A DNA stretch of 64,000 nucleotides, from contig NC_042997.1 in NCBI RefSeq assembly GCF_006345805.1, positions 26,722,001 through 26,786,000 of the forward strand, written 5' to 3'. This document shows, in pieces, positions 14,093 through 27,623 of the stretch (its first letter is position 1; each line of letters begins with the position of its first letter). This DNA is from Octopus sinensis (taxonomy: Eukaryota). The notes beneath the pieces are model-generated. The model was given only the letters and a program-made list of their open reading frames with translations. It made no database searches and was not told the origin of the DNA. The position numbers and the translations under genes are program-made.

Positions 14093-14477
14093 GGAAGCAC
14101 TCCGTCGGTTACGACGACGAGGGTTCCGGTTGATCCGAATCAACGGAACAGCCTGCTCGTGAAATTAACGTGTAAGTGGCTGAGCACTCCACAGACACGT
14201 GTACCCTTAACGTAGTTCTCGGGTATATTCAGCGTGACACCGAGAGTGACAAGGCCGGCCCTTTGAAACACAGGTACAACAGAAACAGGACGTAAGAGTG
14301 AGAGAAAGTTGTGGTGATAGAATACAGCAGGGATCACCACCATCCCTGCCGGAGCCTCGTGGAGCATTTTAGGTGTTTTCGCTCAATAAACACTCACAAC
14401 GCCCGGTCTGGGAATCGAAACCGCGATCCTACGACCGCGAGTCCGCTGCCCTGACCACAGAGCCAGTGCGCCTCCAC
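14093..14477 (-). mobile_element. Full-length SINE family C with 12-bp TSD
   Basis: tRNA-like head with B box gtttcgattccc; atgtcagtatat at 14077-14088 and 14478-14489; second copy at 49541. Confidence 0.9.
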
Positions 14478-15896
14478 ATGTCAGTATATATGTTGGGGTT
14501 CGTGCGTGTGTGTGCGTTTATCATAATATTTTATTATGAAAGGTTGTATAAATAAAATATGTTGCACGTCTTCGGTATATAATAAAAGAAAATATCAATT
14601 GATTTTTTTCCTTCAGCCCATTGTGAGATTTTTATTGTAGGCAATATAAATATTTGATTATTACATGCAGCTTCCCGACTTAAACTTACACCTAGGTTAA
14701 CTGCACCACATAGAAATATGTCCATACAGCAGACAGTGCTCAATGCCGCAGTCTGGATGCGAACTTTCAGATATTCGCTTCGTAGGCCAGCGCACATATA
14801 TGGCATATCAACCAATCATATTATATGATATGTTTAAAAATAAAGCTATTACTTTCAAAGATACACACATTTGACATGGTTGCTTCTAATATTACTGTTA
14901 ACATTATTTATTGATTCATTAACATCTCCTGGATTCGCATTACACGTTTGCTTCTCATTTCTGAATATTTTCAATGCAATAATAATATCAGTTGGTATTA
15001 TGCTGCCGACAGAGATTTAGTGTTGCTTTCATATCGCGTTACTTTTTTCAACACAGACATGGAAATATTTACATTTGTAACTGACTGACAGCGCAACGCA
15101 ACATATAAAGGTGACTGACTGTGAGAAATTAACTTTCTACCGTAAAAAGAAAAAAGGAGATTCAAACATGCATACACTAAATACACATGCACACACAAAT
15201 TTGTACACATGTATACACATACGCATATAATATATATATTCTATTATAAAGAAGACGAGCTTGCAGAATCGATAAGCACGCGGGGTAAAATGCTTAGCGG
15301 CATTTCGTTCGTTTTTAGGTTCTAAGTATATATTGTGCCGAGGTCGACTTTACTAAATTGTTTCATAAATATTTGTATATATTAATATATATAAGTAAAA
15401 ATGTATGTACGTATGCATGCATGCTTGTACACTTACACATATATTGTATAGAGTAGGAGCTGTATTAGATTAAAATCTGTGCATCATATTCAATGCAGCT
15501 ACATCGCAAAGAGGTAATTACCTGCAGTATTCATTCGGAGATTGCATCTCTTACGGACATACAGTGTTTAAGAAACTCCAATAGAACAATGCTTCTATTG
15601 CATATAACAGATTTCTATTCAACCAATCTGTTAATCCCGAAAGTAGTGAGATTTTAAATAAATGTTAACCTGCCTAGAGGTTGCCAGTGAGTGTGTATTA
15701 TTAGCAACAGAGTGCAACAAGGCAAAAAAATGCGCATGTAGCATTCTCACCGGCGTTGGTGGACGATTCTTGACTGCTACAAATATCTTAGCATTTTCAA
15801 ATACAGTACTTCATAAGATATAATATGCCGACGAATACCAAAATTAATTTATTATACATATGTGTGAGTTTGAGTGTGTGTGTGTGTGTATATATA

Positions 15897-15929
<33 letters not shown>

Positions 15930-15958
15930 GTGTATATATATATATGTGTAGATATATG

Positions 15959-16002
<44 letters not shown>

Positions 16003-16009
16003 ATTTTAA

Positions 16010-16273
16010 CAATGAGGGTAAAATAATTAATTAATCAATTTCACCAAGTATTCAGTATGCAAAGGGACCATTTAAGGCGAATTCAAATTATTACATTATA
16101 TATAAAAGGGCTTAGTAAAATAAATTACTTTGCCGCATACTGAACTCATTAGAAATAGCAGCTAAAAAACTTTTTTAAAACTATTTCCAATACTTAGCTG
16201 CTATTTCTAATGAGTTCAGTATGCGGCAAAGTAATTTATTTTACTAAGCCCTTTTATATAATGTAATAATTTG
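16010..16273. mobile_element. Fold-back element in (TA)n, about 80-bp arms (possibly Penelope-related)
   Basis: Arm 16084-16165 is the reverse complement of 16194-16273 apart from one TA unit; 28-nt spacer; extra sequence on the left side only. Confidence 0.7.
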
Positions 16274-16319
<46 letters not shown>

Positions 16320-16429
16320 TATATATAATATATAATATGTATATATATATATGTATATATATATGTATATATATATATGTATATATGTATATATATATGT
16401 ATATATATATATGTGTGTGTATATATACA

Positions 16430-16790
16430 ATGTCCAAATGTGGTAAGAAGTTTGCTTCTCAATCACATGATTCCGAGTTCAGTGGTATCTTGATCCAGTA
16501 GTCTTCTACTAAATCCTCAAGCCGACAAGAACCTTGTGAGTGGATTTAGTAGACGGAAACTGAAAGAAAACCCGTCGTGTAAGTATATATATATATGTGT
16601 ATGGGGTGTCAGTGTGTTTGTTTATGTCTTAGCTTGTCCCGCACCACTGTTTCAAAACCCGCTGCTGATAAGTTGAAGTCCCTGTGATCTAGTGGTTTGG
16701 ACAGAGGGAGCGATCAAATCAGTACCAGGTTTTTGAAAAATAAGTAGTGTGTGCGCTTCGTAGCCGCAGTCTCAGCTTCGACCGTGAGCA
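16430..16790 (+). mobile_element. Degenerate SINE family B
   Basis: tgtggtaagaagtttgc...ccttgtgagtggatttagtagacggaaactgaaagaa recognisable. Confidence 0.7.
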
Positions 16791-16971
16791 TTCCATTTTT
16801 CGACTAATAGAACAGTGTACATGTTGAATAAACATGTAAATAACTCAGTGTTTCACAAAAATATGCATTCTTAATCTTTCGACTCATCAAACTGCCTTTC
16901 TATTCACACATACGATACCGAAAGAGTACAACACTTCGAAATAAACTAAAGGTGTTTTAAATTATATGAAA

Positions 16972-17373
16972 CTAGCAGTATCACCCGGCGTTGCTCGGGT
17001 TTGTAAGGGAAATAACTATATTAGCATTTTTAGAGAGTTATAGCCAAAATATAGCAAAAAGATGCATTAAAAATGGAAAAAAAATGATGGTAAATTTTTT
17101 TTTAAATCGTTGACTCATCGTAGACATTTTTAGAGAGTTACTTCCCTTATATAATAGCGAAAAAAATGCATTAAAATGGAAGAAAATGATGGTAATTTTT
17201 TTTTTAAATCGTAGACTCATCGTAGACGCGCGCTAATACCCAGAAGGGCTCGATATGAATCACGACTATAAGATACCCGGTTTTGGTTAAACTGCACCAC
17301 AAAATGTGGGAGTAGTTAGGAATCTAAATCGTAGGAGACAGACAACACACAACCTTACTTTTATATATAAATA
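16972..17373 (-). mobile_element. Non-autonomous Helitron, copy 1
   Basis: Minus strand ends with hairpin CCCGAGCAACGCCGGG + 8 nt + CTAG|T; 5' terminus A|TATTTATATATAAAAG (TC in copy 2); homologous to 60976-61363; internal ~100-bp tandem duplication. Confidence 0.75.
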
Positions 17374-19802
17374 TTTCGTTAATGTATAGTAGATGCAACA
17401 AGATTATTGTTTTGATACGCCAACTTTCAAAAAAAATAATATAGGGAATATTAATCTCTGAGAATATGCATTAATATCTGGAGCATGTGTAACGAGACAA
17501 GTCATGCTATACTGAAATCAGCTGCTTATACAATTGGAAATGTGTTTCCATACTATTCTCTCGTTCTTTGTTTGCTTTTCTGCTATTTTTCCTTCTCCTT
17601 GACGTACGTATCAAATGCAATTAGCTGAACTAATACATCCGTATAGAAACACGCCATAGTGTCTTTCATGAGCAGAAGTGTTCTGTTAATAATCCACACA
17701 TTAAACAGCAAAACTGCAAGTAAAATTATACATAAAGGAGCACTGCCGCCGAAGTATATTAAGGATTCCTGTATAACTCATCTATTGCTCTTAATTCCAG
17801 TATCCCAAATGTAGTGTTTCTGAACATCAGCTCCATTGTAATGCTATTTATATCTACTTAACATACTTTCCGTAGATTCAGATCCATTGAAAAACTACTC
17901 TTTGAGAAATAAAATCATTGTTTTGGCGCTTGTTATTCATTATCTTATCTGAAGATCTAGAGCTAAAGTCTCAACTCTGATTTTCACCAGCGTTTCATAA
18001 TTTGAAGCATAAATTTAGAGCGTGGGATAAAGAGGCTTTCTATCATTCATATTGTGTACGCTGATATACTTTCAAATTTGTTGTCTCCCACACATTCCCT
18101 TCCTTAAATACCGACTTATATACCGCACTATTCTAATAGCTTGCTCATCTATGTAGATTGCAACATTCTTCACTCTGCTTTGTTTTCCCCATACAAGCGT
18201 TAACACAGAAATACTATTTACCTCATTCCAGGAATGCTTTACTGCATGAATAAAAGTTTCGGAAACATAATTTGAGTATGAAACTACGGTATAGGCCTCT
18301 TGAATAACACAACAAATCTATTGCTGAACTTACTGCGTAGTCAATCTTTTAATTCACCCACTATTGTCGTGAAATAACGAATAGCTCAAAGTTAGCTGCT
18401 AATTTCATATGATTTCTCAAAGCCCTTATATATAAATCCTTATTGCTAAACTGTTTAAGAGAGAAAAGAATTCTTGAAGCAGTAAATACTTTAAATCTAA
18501 ATAATTGCAGACCACTTCAGAGTATAACCCACATAAATTCACTTCGGAGTATAACCCACATATTTGGAACAGTGCTGCGGCTCCAAACAGTAACATCCTA
18601 AAGAACATAATTCTAATTATTAGGAAAAGTTCGCACACCTACAGGAATTAGAAAAGTTATTTCCACTACCGGCTTCTATTATCAATTCTATAACGGACTC
18701 CGATACTGTGGTGTAATTAACTTTCCCCACTTAAACCACATGACATTTCATCGTACACACAGCATCTCATCTTCAAGATCTAGGGCTAGGCACTTTACTC
18801 CGAACTTTCCATTTTAGAAATGCTACTATGTCTATATTCTACTTTACATTTCACTCGCAGAAGTCACATCAATATTTCCATTCTCCGATGCCTGAAAGAG
18901 GTCACGCGCACTCTCGAGGCTCTTTTCATAGTCTCATAAAGTACAGTAGTGTATGAAAAGCTCTATTCACGAATTGGCACTAACTTGTCGTAAAATTTAG
19001 TCTTACAGTAGTGGGTAACTATATAGCCTATCATTTGTTTATAAACCTTATTGTTTTTATATGAATAATACCGATAGAGAGATATTTCTTATGGCCAATA
19101 ATGCAGATGAGTTACTATTGGGAGTTTGTTATAATGACATCGAATATTTGATAACGATTCTGGCTAATAATATCTATCAGCGAATATTTTATCTCTTTAC
19201 TCTAATCATAAATACACACAAAAATCGACTCGTATATCTACTTATCTACTGAATATCAATAAAACGAATATCTAATTTCTATGTCTAGTATTCTTTGTAC
19301 GGGATAAATTATTTTCTTATATTTTTTCCGATATCTAAATGGATATTCTTCTTACCTTTATTGCGCTATTAAACGAATCGTCTCTTACTAGTTAGTGTAA
19401 ACGCGATAAAAAGTAAAAAACAAAAAACAAAACGATATGTATTTGTTACAATTAAGTAGTAAATGGAAAACTTAGCAGAGTAGGGGTCATGCGTAGCAGT
19501 TAAGTCCTAATAGATTATGAGTTCAAATCCTACCGAAGCTCTATTTGTAATTCATAATTTCAATGCTAATTAAGTACCAACCAAATATTGCGTCAATATT
19601 TATTGATACTCTTATCATCACTAACTATTAGTTAGAAATTGATAGAATCGACAGACCAACGGAGAGAATATGATGCGGTATTTAGTTACGCATCTGTATG
19701 TTACGTATTGAAATTCCGCTCAAACAAGTTTACGTTTAATCTCCGGAGGAAAATCACATAAAAATATGTTAAGAACTAGAGGTCAATATATCCAACTAAT
19801 AA

Positions 19803-20017
19803 GACGAAATGGCAGAATTCCGAGCAGGCCGGAAAAAATACCTAGCAGCATTTCATCCGTCTTCACGTTCTGAGTTCCAATTTCACCGAGGTTGAGCTGC
19901 CTTTCAATCTTCTGAAGCTGATAAAATGGGATCAGTGGGATCAGTTGAGCACTGGGCTCGATTTAATCGACTCAGCCCTTTCTTTAAAATTGATGGCCAT
20001 GTGCCAAACTTTGAAGC
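19803..20017 (+). mobile_element. Degenerate SINE family A (tail variant 2)
   Basis: acgttctgagttccaatttcaccgagg...gcctttcaatc...aaaattgatggccatgtgccaaactttgaagcc. Confidence 0.65.
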
Positions 20018-20673
20018 CTATATATCCAACCAAGCTTATACAGCGCTGACTTACGTTTATTTTAGATATATAGTTTATTTTTTAAATCCCAAATGTTTTA
20101 GATGACAGAATCGTTTGAGTATCGGGAATTTTTTTTTTCCTTCCACCGGCACAGGGGCCAAATCAGTCGACTATATCCTCGCTAAAGATGTGAAATATTG
20201 AACTTATATTTATAGCATAAATAACTAATTTAAATTATAATATTAAACGTGTGAGGTTTGTGGCAAACAGTATTAGCGAGAAAGAGTATAACACTATCTT
20301 TTCATTTTTTTAAATATTCGTTTAAAAAGACAAAGCAAAATAAATAAATATAAAATAACAGATATGCAGATATATGTTTATATGTGTTGTTTCAGCTGAA
20401 GGGGACAGATAATATATTCGATAGATATATGCATGCAAATCACAGCAAATTGCAATCTAATATTGATTTCAAATTTTGGCACAAGGCCACCATTTTCTGG
20501 GAGGGTATGTGGATTACATCGACCTCAGTATTCAGCTGATACTTCTTTTATCGAACATTTTTTATCAAACCAAAGTAGATGATGATGATGAGGATGAGGA
20601 TGATGATGATGATGACGATGATGATGATGACGATGATGATGATGACGATGATGATTACGATGATGATGATGAT

Positions 20674-20710
<37 letters not shown>

Positions 20711-21035
20711 TTAATAACTGGAACGACTCATGTACTGAGAAGAGCATTATTGCTGTGAAAACAACATCCATTCATGAATTTATTTATTTATTAATCTTTT
20801 TAAATACATATTTTACCTGTGAATTTGCGTGTGTAATCTGGGCATGCATACAATGAGCTTCTCTGCCCTAGGTGTACGGAAATCATCCGGCGAGAAATGG
20901 AAGAAAATTTGAAGAAAGGCAGAAAAAAATAATAGTGATAATAATAATGATAATAAAATCACCATAGCATCATTATCACCACCACCAATAACAACAAAAA
21001 CAACAGTAATAATAATCATTTCAAATTTTTTCTAC

Positions 21036-21460
21036 AAGGGCAGCTTGGAAGTGGTGGGGGATGTGTCGATTACATCGAGACCAGTGTTAAACTGGTACTT
21101 ATTTTATCGACGCCGAAAGCATGTAAGGCAATGTTGACCGCGGTGGATTTTGAACTCAGAACGTGAAGACGGACGAAATACCGCTAAGCATTTTGTCTGG
21201 CATGCTAATCATTCTGCCAGCTCGCCGCTTTAAAATACCATCTAATATTATTTTCTATTCTAGGCACAAGTCCCGAAATTTTGGGGGAGAGGGCCAGTCG
21301 ATTAACTCGACCCCAGTACACAACTGCTACTTAACTTATTGACCCCGAAATGATGAAAGGCAAAGTCGACCACGGCGAAATTTGAACTGAGAACGTAAAG
21401 ACAGACGAAAAACCACTATGCATTTTGTCCGGCATGTTAACAATTCTGTCAACCCGAAGC
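21036..21460 (-). mobile_element. Two adjacent degenerate SINE-A copies
   Basis: Two reverse-complement bodies at about 21036-21230 and 21255-21460. Confidence 0.75.
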
Positions 21461-23034
21461 TTTAAAATCCCATTTAAATATTGAAAGTGTAACTAGTTCG
21501 TTGTTTACACCGTCGTCTTAAGCTACGCCAAATAAAAATAGCTCTGGCTACTGATATTTATAATGTCCTTCACGAACTAATCGCAGTATATCAGCCAGAA
21601 AACTCGACATTACGATGAAGGACTACGCCTATAACTTTATGCATTTTATCTTTTTCATCCCAGACCTATTCCACTTTTCATTTGAAGCTCCTACTGGCAA
21701 AGAAAGCCTGAGTTACATTGATTTTAGACTGTCTTTAACAATTTCAGAATTAGGTTTTCAATAAATTATTTCACGAATTGCCGACGCTTAACATGATTAT
21801 TTTCTTTGATTTCTACTGCTCATGAAGAATTTTACTGATCTAGAATCTAAGCTTGTGTGCCATTGAAAATTTCTATTTATTGTTCTATGTGATTTCACAA
21901 TACAAATTTCACAGAAGACGTCAATGTTAATTTATTCTGATTAGAAATAAATACATAAAATATCATTTGTTATGCTTTACTATTAACTGACATTCTAGTA
22001 TACATTTAGAATATATTTTCTTATGTTTTACATTGCATTAAGTGAGACTCCACTCAACACAATAAAATGTTCCTGTTATTGTTCTTTGCCTAAATGATAA
22101 CCGTAATTAAACAAAAATGATATCAAATGAGTTCCAAACAGAACCAACCCTTGTTTACGATGGGTTAAAATTTCAGTTGGGTATAAACTGAGGCAAATTT
22201 AGTTGCTATGACTAGAATGTGTAACGACCATGTAGATTATCTCTCGAACTTAATTTATAATCATAAGTTTTCTTCTACTATCATATATATAGAGAGGTAG
22301 ATACACCCCTTTCATATATAAATATATATATATATCACTCACGTGACCAACCAGACCATCAGATGTTGTTACACATCGCTGGTCACAATGCGTTCGCATT
22401 GTTTTAGCCTTCGAATGACGCCACCCCGATGGCTAAGCGAGCAGGCCAATATATATATATATATATATATAACGAGAGAGAGAGGAGAGAGAGAGAGCGA
22501 GAGAGAGAGAGAGAGAGAGAGAGACGTACATATACAAACACAAATGCACACATACACATTCTATTATGCTGAACAAAGAATATTGTGGTACTTCGAGAAA
22601 CAATATAGATAACGGAAAGCCAGTCACTCGAAATATTTTAGCAAATCAGTATTTGTTTAATCTCACTGACCCACAGACAAAATAATGTCTAGAAGCTATA
22701 GAGATATATGCGTCGTAGGTTATCCAATTTCCATACACTGGCTTGTTTGACAACCGTTATTAATTTCCATGAACACTAAATATCTTTTAATATGGATTTG
22801 CTATTATTTTTCTTTTCAAATCTAGTTTCCCCTTGTTAGTGCCTATGCCTTCTACATCCGTAATAAAATGAACTGTAGCGGTAACAAATTGAGATATGCA
22901 GCCAGAAAACACAAGAATATGAAGAAGTATCATCGCCTATAAATATTAAATGTTTGACTAGATTCTTTTACTAGACGAAGGACTTGTAACAAAGTTAATA
23001 AAATTAAGTTTTAATATTTCAGTGATCACAATCG

Positions 23035-23240
23035 TTGAGCTGGCATAATCGTTAGCACTCTGGAAATATGGTTAGCGGCATTTCGCCCGTCTCTATGTTC
23101 TGACTTCAAATTCCGCCGAGGTCGACTTTTCCTTTCGTCCTTTCGGGGTCGATAAAATAAATATCAGTCAAATACTGGGGTCAATGTAATCGACTTAATT
23201 CTCCTCTAAAATTGCTCGCCCTGTGCCAGACTTTGAAGTC
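23035..23240 (+). mobile_element. SINE family A (tail variant 2)
   Basis: gagctggcataatcgttagcac...ttcaaattccgccgaggtcgac...aaaattgctcgccctgtgccagactttgaag. Confidence 0.8.
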
Positions 23241-23985
23241 AATATTTCAACTGTCTGGTTCATAAGATTAGTTTTCCAAAGCACCTACTAATCGACCAAA
23301 TTGGCATTGCAATTCCATACATGATATGCTGCAAAGAGCAGACTTTACGGTAATTTGCGATGTATTAATTTATTTCAAATACACAGGCATTGGATTTCAC
23401 TGATGTGCATGTACGTGAATGGGTTAAATAATGTATCAGAAAATTATGGGGAACTTTTGTATTTTAAGTGGACTATTACAAGAAGACCATCATAAAATAC
23501 GTGCAACTTATATTCAAGATAAGATTTGTTACAATAATAACCCATTGTCGGTTAAAGACATTTGAACAAGTATTTTTTGTGTAATGGTGAGATTCAGCAT
23601 GTATCTATATATATGTGTATGTATCTATATATAAGTGTATTATCTATATGTATATATGTTTATTTATGTGTATATATGTATATATATATATATGTATGTT
23701 GTATATATGTATATATGTATATGTAAATATTTATATGAATGTATATATGCATTGTATATATATATATATATTATATATATATGTGAAATAGAAAGATGAA
23801 TAATCTTGTAGTAGATTAATCGAAAGTTAACCGATACCTTAGTAGCAAAATCACAGCAGTAAACAGCACGGTTGGAGGTACAACCATATGGTGTTGCAAC
23901 CGTGCGTTGGTGCGGATAATTGAAATTAAAACATTATGGTGAATTGAAGAAATGGAGCTGAACGCAGATTGAACAGAAATCGTTT

Positions 23986-24078
23986 TATTTCATTCTACAC
24001 GTGTTCGAAAGGCACAAATTACCAAAATCCGATTGAATAATGGGACCATATTGTGTCTTTCTCTTCAGGAAGAAAATA
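23986..24078 (-). ncRNA. Mirror hammerhead copy in the left arm, one core A missing (GAAC instead of GAAAC)
   Basis: Reverse complement of 24188-24281 with a 1-nt homopolymer deletion at about 24004. Confidence 0.65.
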
Positions 24079-24187
24079 GGAAATCCGTTGGAAAAACAAA
24101 AACAGAACAGAGGCGGAGCAAAAACAGCATAGTTCGATTTGTTTTTGCTCCGCCTCTGTTCTGTTTTTGTTTTTCCAACGGATTTCC

Positions 24188-24281
24188 TATTTTCTTCCTG
24201 AAGAGAAAGACACAATATGGTCCCATTATTCAATCGGATTTTGGTAATTTGTGCCTTTCGAAACACGTGTAGAATGAAATA
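24188..24281 (+). ncRNA. Type I hammerhead ribozyme, canonical core
   Basis: Stem I tattttcttc/gaatgaaata; core CUGAAGA at 24198-24204; stem II GAAAG/CTTTC plus CACAA/TTGTG; GAAA at 24260-24263; palindromic stem III ACACGTGT; predicted cleavage after GUA at 24271. Confidence 0.8.
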
Positions 24282-24424
24282 AAACGATTTCTGTTCAATC
24301 TGCGTTCAGCTCCATTTCTTCAATTCACCAATAATATATATATATATATATGTAAATATGTATGTATATATGTATGTATATATGTAAATATGTATTTACA
24401 TATATATGTAATATAATATAATAT

Positions 24425-24463
<39 letters not shown>

Positions 24464-24661
24464 TGTGTGTGTGTGTGTGTGTAAAGTAACAAATCGATTA
24501 AAAGAAATCCTTCAAATGGGTGTGTTAAACATCCAATTCACTGGTACTTCAGCTGGATACCATATAAATATTTGTATAATTCAATAATAAATATAAATTA
24601 GATATAGAGAATTTCTATTGACAATCCAATAAGTTACTTATATTACAATATTACATTAAAT

Positions 24662-24893
24662 AAGGCGGCGAGCTGGCATAAACGTTAACACGCCGGGCGA
24701 AATGTCTAGCGGTATTTCGTCTGCCGTTACGTTCTGAGTTCAAATTCCGCCGAGGTCGCCTTTACCTTTCATCCTTTCGGGGTCGATAAATAACGTACCA
24801 GTTTCGCACTGGGGCCGATGTAATCGACTTAATCCCTTTGTCTTTCCTTGTTTGTCCCCTCTATGTTTAGCCCCTTGTGGGAAATAAAGAAAT
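24662..24893 (+). mobile_element. Full-length SINE family A with ~14-bp TSD
   Basis: aaggcggcgagctggc...gtgggaaataaagaaat; tattacattaaata (24649-24662) and tattgcattaaata (24894-24907). Confidence 0.9.
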
Positions 24894-25052
24894 TATTGCA
24901 TTAAATACTATGAATATAATATATACATAAGATAATATAATATAAGTTTATTGGGAAACCCGTAAAAGACCAACAAATTGTTTCGACTTATATGTATTTT
25001 TTCAGATATACATAATCACAGTTCCATTATATTTATATATATATATATATAA

Positions 25053-25102
<50 letters not shown>

Positions 25103-26863
25103 ACTTCAGGATCCTTCGTTCAGAAACAAAAATTCCATGTGGAAGGAGGGCTGGATTCTAAAAATAACATTAAATGTCTCTGTTATGACCGTGAGCGTTA
25201 ACTATTCAATCTTACATCAATTACAATTAAAAAAAAAACATGTTTCCTCAATATCCATTTGGTATATAGCAAATTCCTATTTAGTTATAGCATTCATGTT
25301 CTCACAACGATGATATATTAATATTAGCTATATGAAGAGAAGAACCAAAATATAAACGATGTATGCCATTATCTTCTTCATCTGTATGTTGATGCCACTT
25401 TAAATGAATGAGACGTAGCTTTTATTTTGAAATTAAAAAGTAATGTTTCGAAAACGAAAATTGTATAAAATATGCAAACCACTTTATGCTTTCGTCCAGT
25501 GGATAAGACGATCAAATGAAATTTCCCCGGAAAGAAACTGTAGAAGATATTTTAAACTAGCGAAATGCACTTCAACTACAGAAATCTGTTTCTCATATTA
25601 CATGACATATTATGCAAAGCTGCTGCACTTAGTGACAGATGGGTGGACCGAGTAATTAGACTGTTGGGAGCAGAGTTTGGTGGCCATGCAATTCTTGTCG
25701 CGACAGGCTATAATTAATGTTTCCTATACCCTATGATGAATATATCTAGATTTTAATAGCTGTATGAAATATTAAATGCATTGCCTCATTAAGTGAATGG
25801 AATTAATATAAGTCATATACAACGAAGTATTAGGCGGTTTGCCTTAGTGATTGTTACGCAGCTTTTGAATGCAGTAGTAACAAAACCCACACATTATTGT
25901 AGAGTTTGTGTTACTAACTGCAGTAATATATCGATTTTAGAGTATTTATAATGTCTTAGATTTTTCCAGGAAATGTTTTCTATAATATTATAATCAATTA
26001 ATAAGACGAAATAAGCGGAACATATATATTCCTATATTGTACCCAGTGTGAAATGACCTATAAAATTGATGTTAACAGATTTTATACTAGAATGCATCCA
26101 TCGATAATTATCTTATAATGCAAATATTTAATATAAGTTAATAATTAAATGAAGGTTTCTCAATATTTTTAGTCATCCGTATTTGATTATATTGACACGT
26201 TGAAACAAAACTTGCTTATGGTTGAGAAAGATTATATAATGATAATCACGTAGGTGAATACTAACTCAATTCATTTTTGATAATACACTAAGCAAATGCA
26301 CCAACGGTCTAAGACATCGGTTGTCACGTTTGCCACCAGCATATGACATGTCTAAACGTGACAGTATTTGTCATTCATACGATATGTGGCTCATTAAACA
26401 CATCGATACAGAAGCAAACATATTCGGTGTAGAGGCGTATCCCCCGTTGTGAAAGGCTTAAATATATTATAAGTTATTGGTGAATGAAATCACATATAAA
26501 TAAATGAACTGAATAGACCGTGTTTGATAATATTAGGTATAGAAATTGCAAACCAACGAGTGCAAAATATACTATACAATGTTAACACCTTTTTCACGCT
26601 TTTCTGATGTGGGCAGCGTTCTCAGTTATCTCCACTCACTAGGAACGCTTCCTGAGATTCGCCTGATTTTCTCACCCTCCATACACACGCAAGCATGTAT
26701 CTGACTCATACACTGTTCACTTTCCAGACATTACTACATATTCTTTATACGCACTTTTGACAAGTTGTGGTGCACTTGAGCACTGTATACAATAATTTCA
26801 CTATTATTACTATTATTATTATTATTATTATCAATTTTATTATTATTATCATTATTATCATTA

Positions 26864-26943
<80 letters not shown>

Positions 26944-26946
<3 letters not shown>

Positions 26947-27390
26947 TAGTTTTATTTTTATAGCGTGCTTTCACTTCACTACCGAGCGCAGCTCTGTGTG
27001 CCTTGGGTATGTGCTGTGATTTGTTGTGATGCTCTGATGGTTATTGTATGGAAAGTGTTCTGCGTAGGATGTGTGCAGTGCCTAGTAGTGCAATTTTCTG
27101 TATGTTATATGTGTTTGTAAGTCATGGTGTTTTTGTTATGTATTTGTTTGAATATTTTTTTATCATGCCTAATGCACCTACTATCATAGGAATTGTTTCT
27201 GTTTTCAGATTCCACATTCTAGTTACCTCTATTTCCAGGTCTTTGTATTTTGAGAGTTTCTCCATTTCTTTTAGAAACACGTTGTCATCTGCCGGTATTG
27301 ATACATCAATTAGAAAGCATTTTTTTTCTTCATGATCTCTGACAACTATATCTGGTCTGTTGGCCTTAATTTCTCGTGTGTATCGGCATA
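26944..27390 (-). mobile_element. R4/Dong-clade non-LTR 3' fragment (restriction-like endonuclease) within a (TAA)n array
   Basis: Reverse complement closely matches 55860-56303 (RPDIVV..D, EKLSKYKDLEIE, ALLGTAHILRR); (TTA)n on both sides. Confidence 0.85.
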
Positions 27391-27407
27391 TTATTATTAT
27401 TATTATA

Positions 27408-27562
27408 TTTGTCTGAATATTTTTTTATCATGCCTAATGCACCTACTATGATAGGAATTGTTTCTGTTTTTAGATTCCACATTCTGGTTACCTCTATTTC
27501 CAGGTCTTTGTATTTTGAGAGTTTCTCCATTTCTTTAAGAGACACATCGTCATCTCCCGGTA
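27408..27562 (-). mobile_element. Second internal R4/Dong fragment between (TTA)n tracts
   Basis: Repeats the 27150-27297 segment of the neighbouring fragment. Confidence 0.8.
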
Positions 27563-27577
27563 TTATTATTATTATTA

Positions 27578-27623
<46 letters not shown>

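Larger units (their letters stand above)
23937..24330. mobile_element. Near-perfect fold-back (190/191-bp arms, 13-nt spacer), putative inverted Penelope-type pseudo-LTR pair
   Basis: 23937-24126 is the reverse complement of 24140-24330 except one T in a homopolymer; each arm holds a hammerhead motif; (TA)n on both sides. Confidence 0.85.

Noticed and set aside
17400-18960. Possibly degenerate coding sequence on the minus strand, including a 27-bp tandem duplication near 18520-18570
   Set aside because: Many stops and no motif I can name; a tBLASTx or HMM search would be needed.
22335-22450. Short GC-richer island, possibly an alternative SINE tail
   Set aside because: Only recalled similarity; no head or second copy in the window.
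26570-26800. Possible LINE-like 3' end running into the (TTA)n array
   Set aside because: No ORF remnant or second copy in the window to support it.
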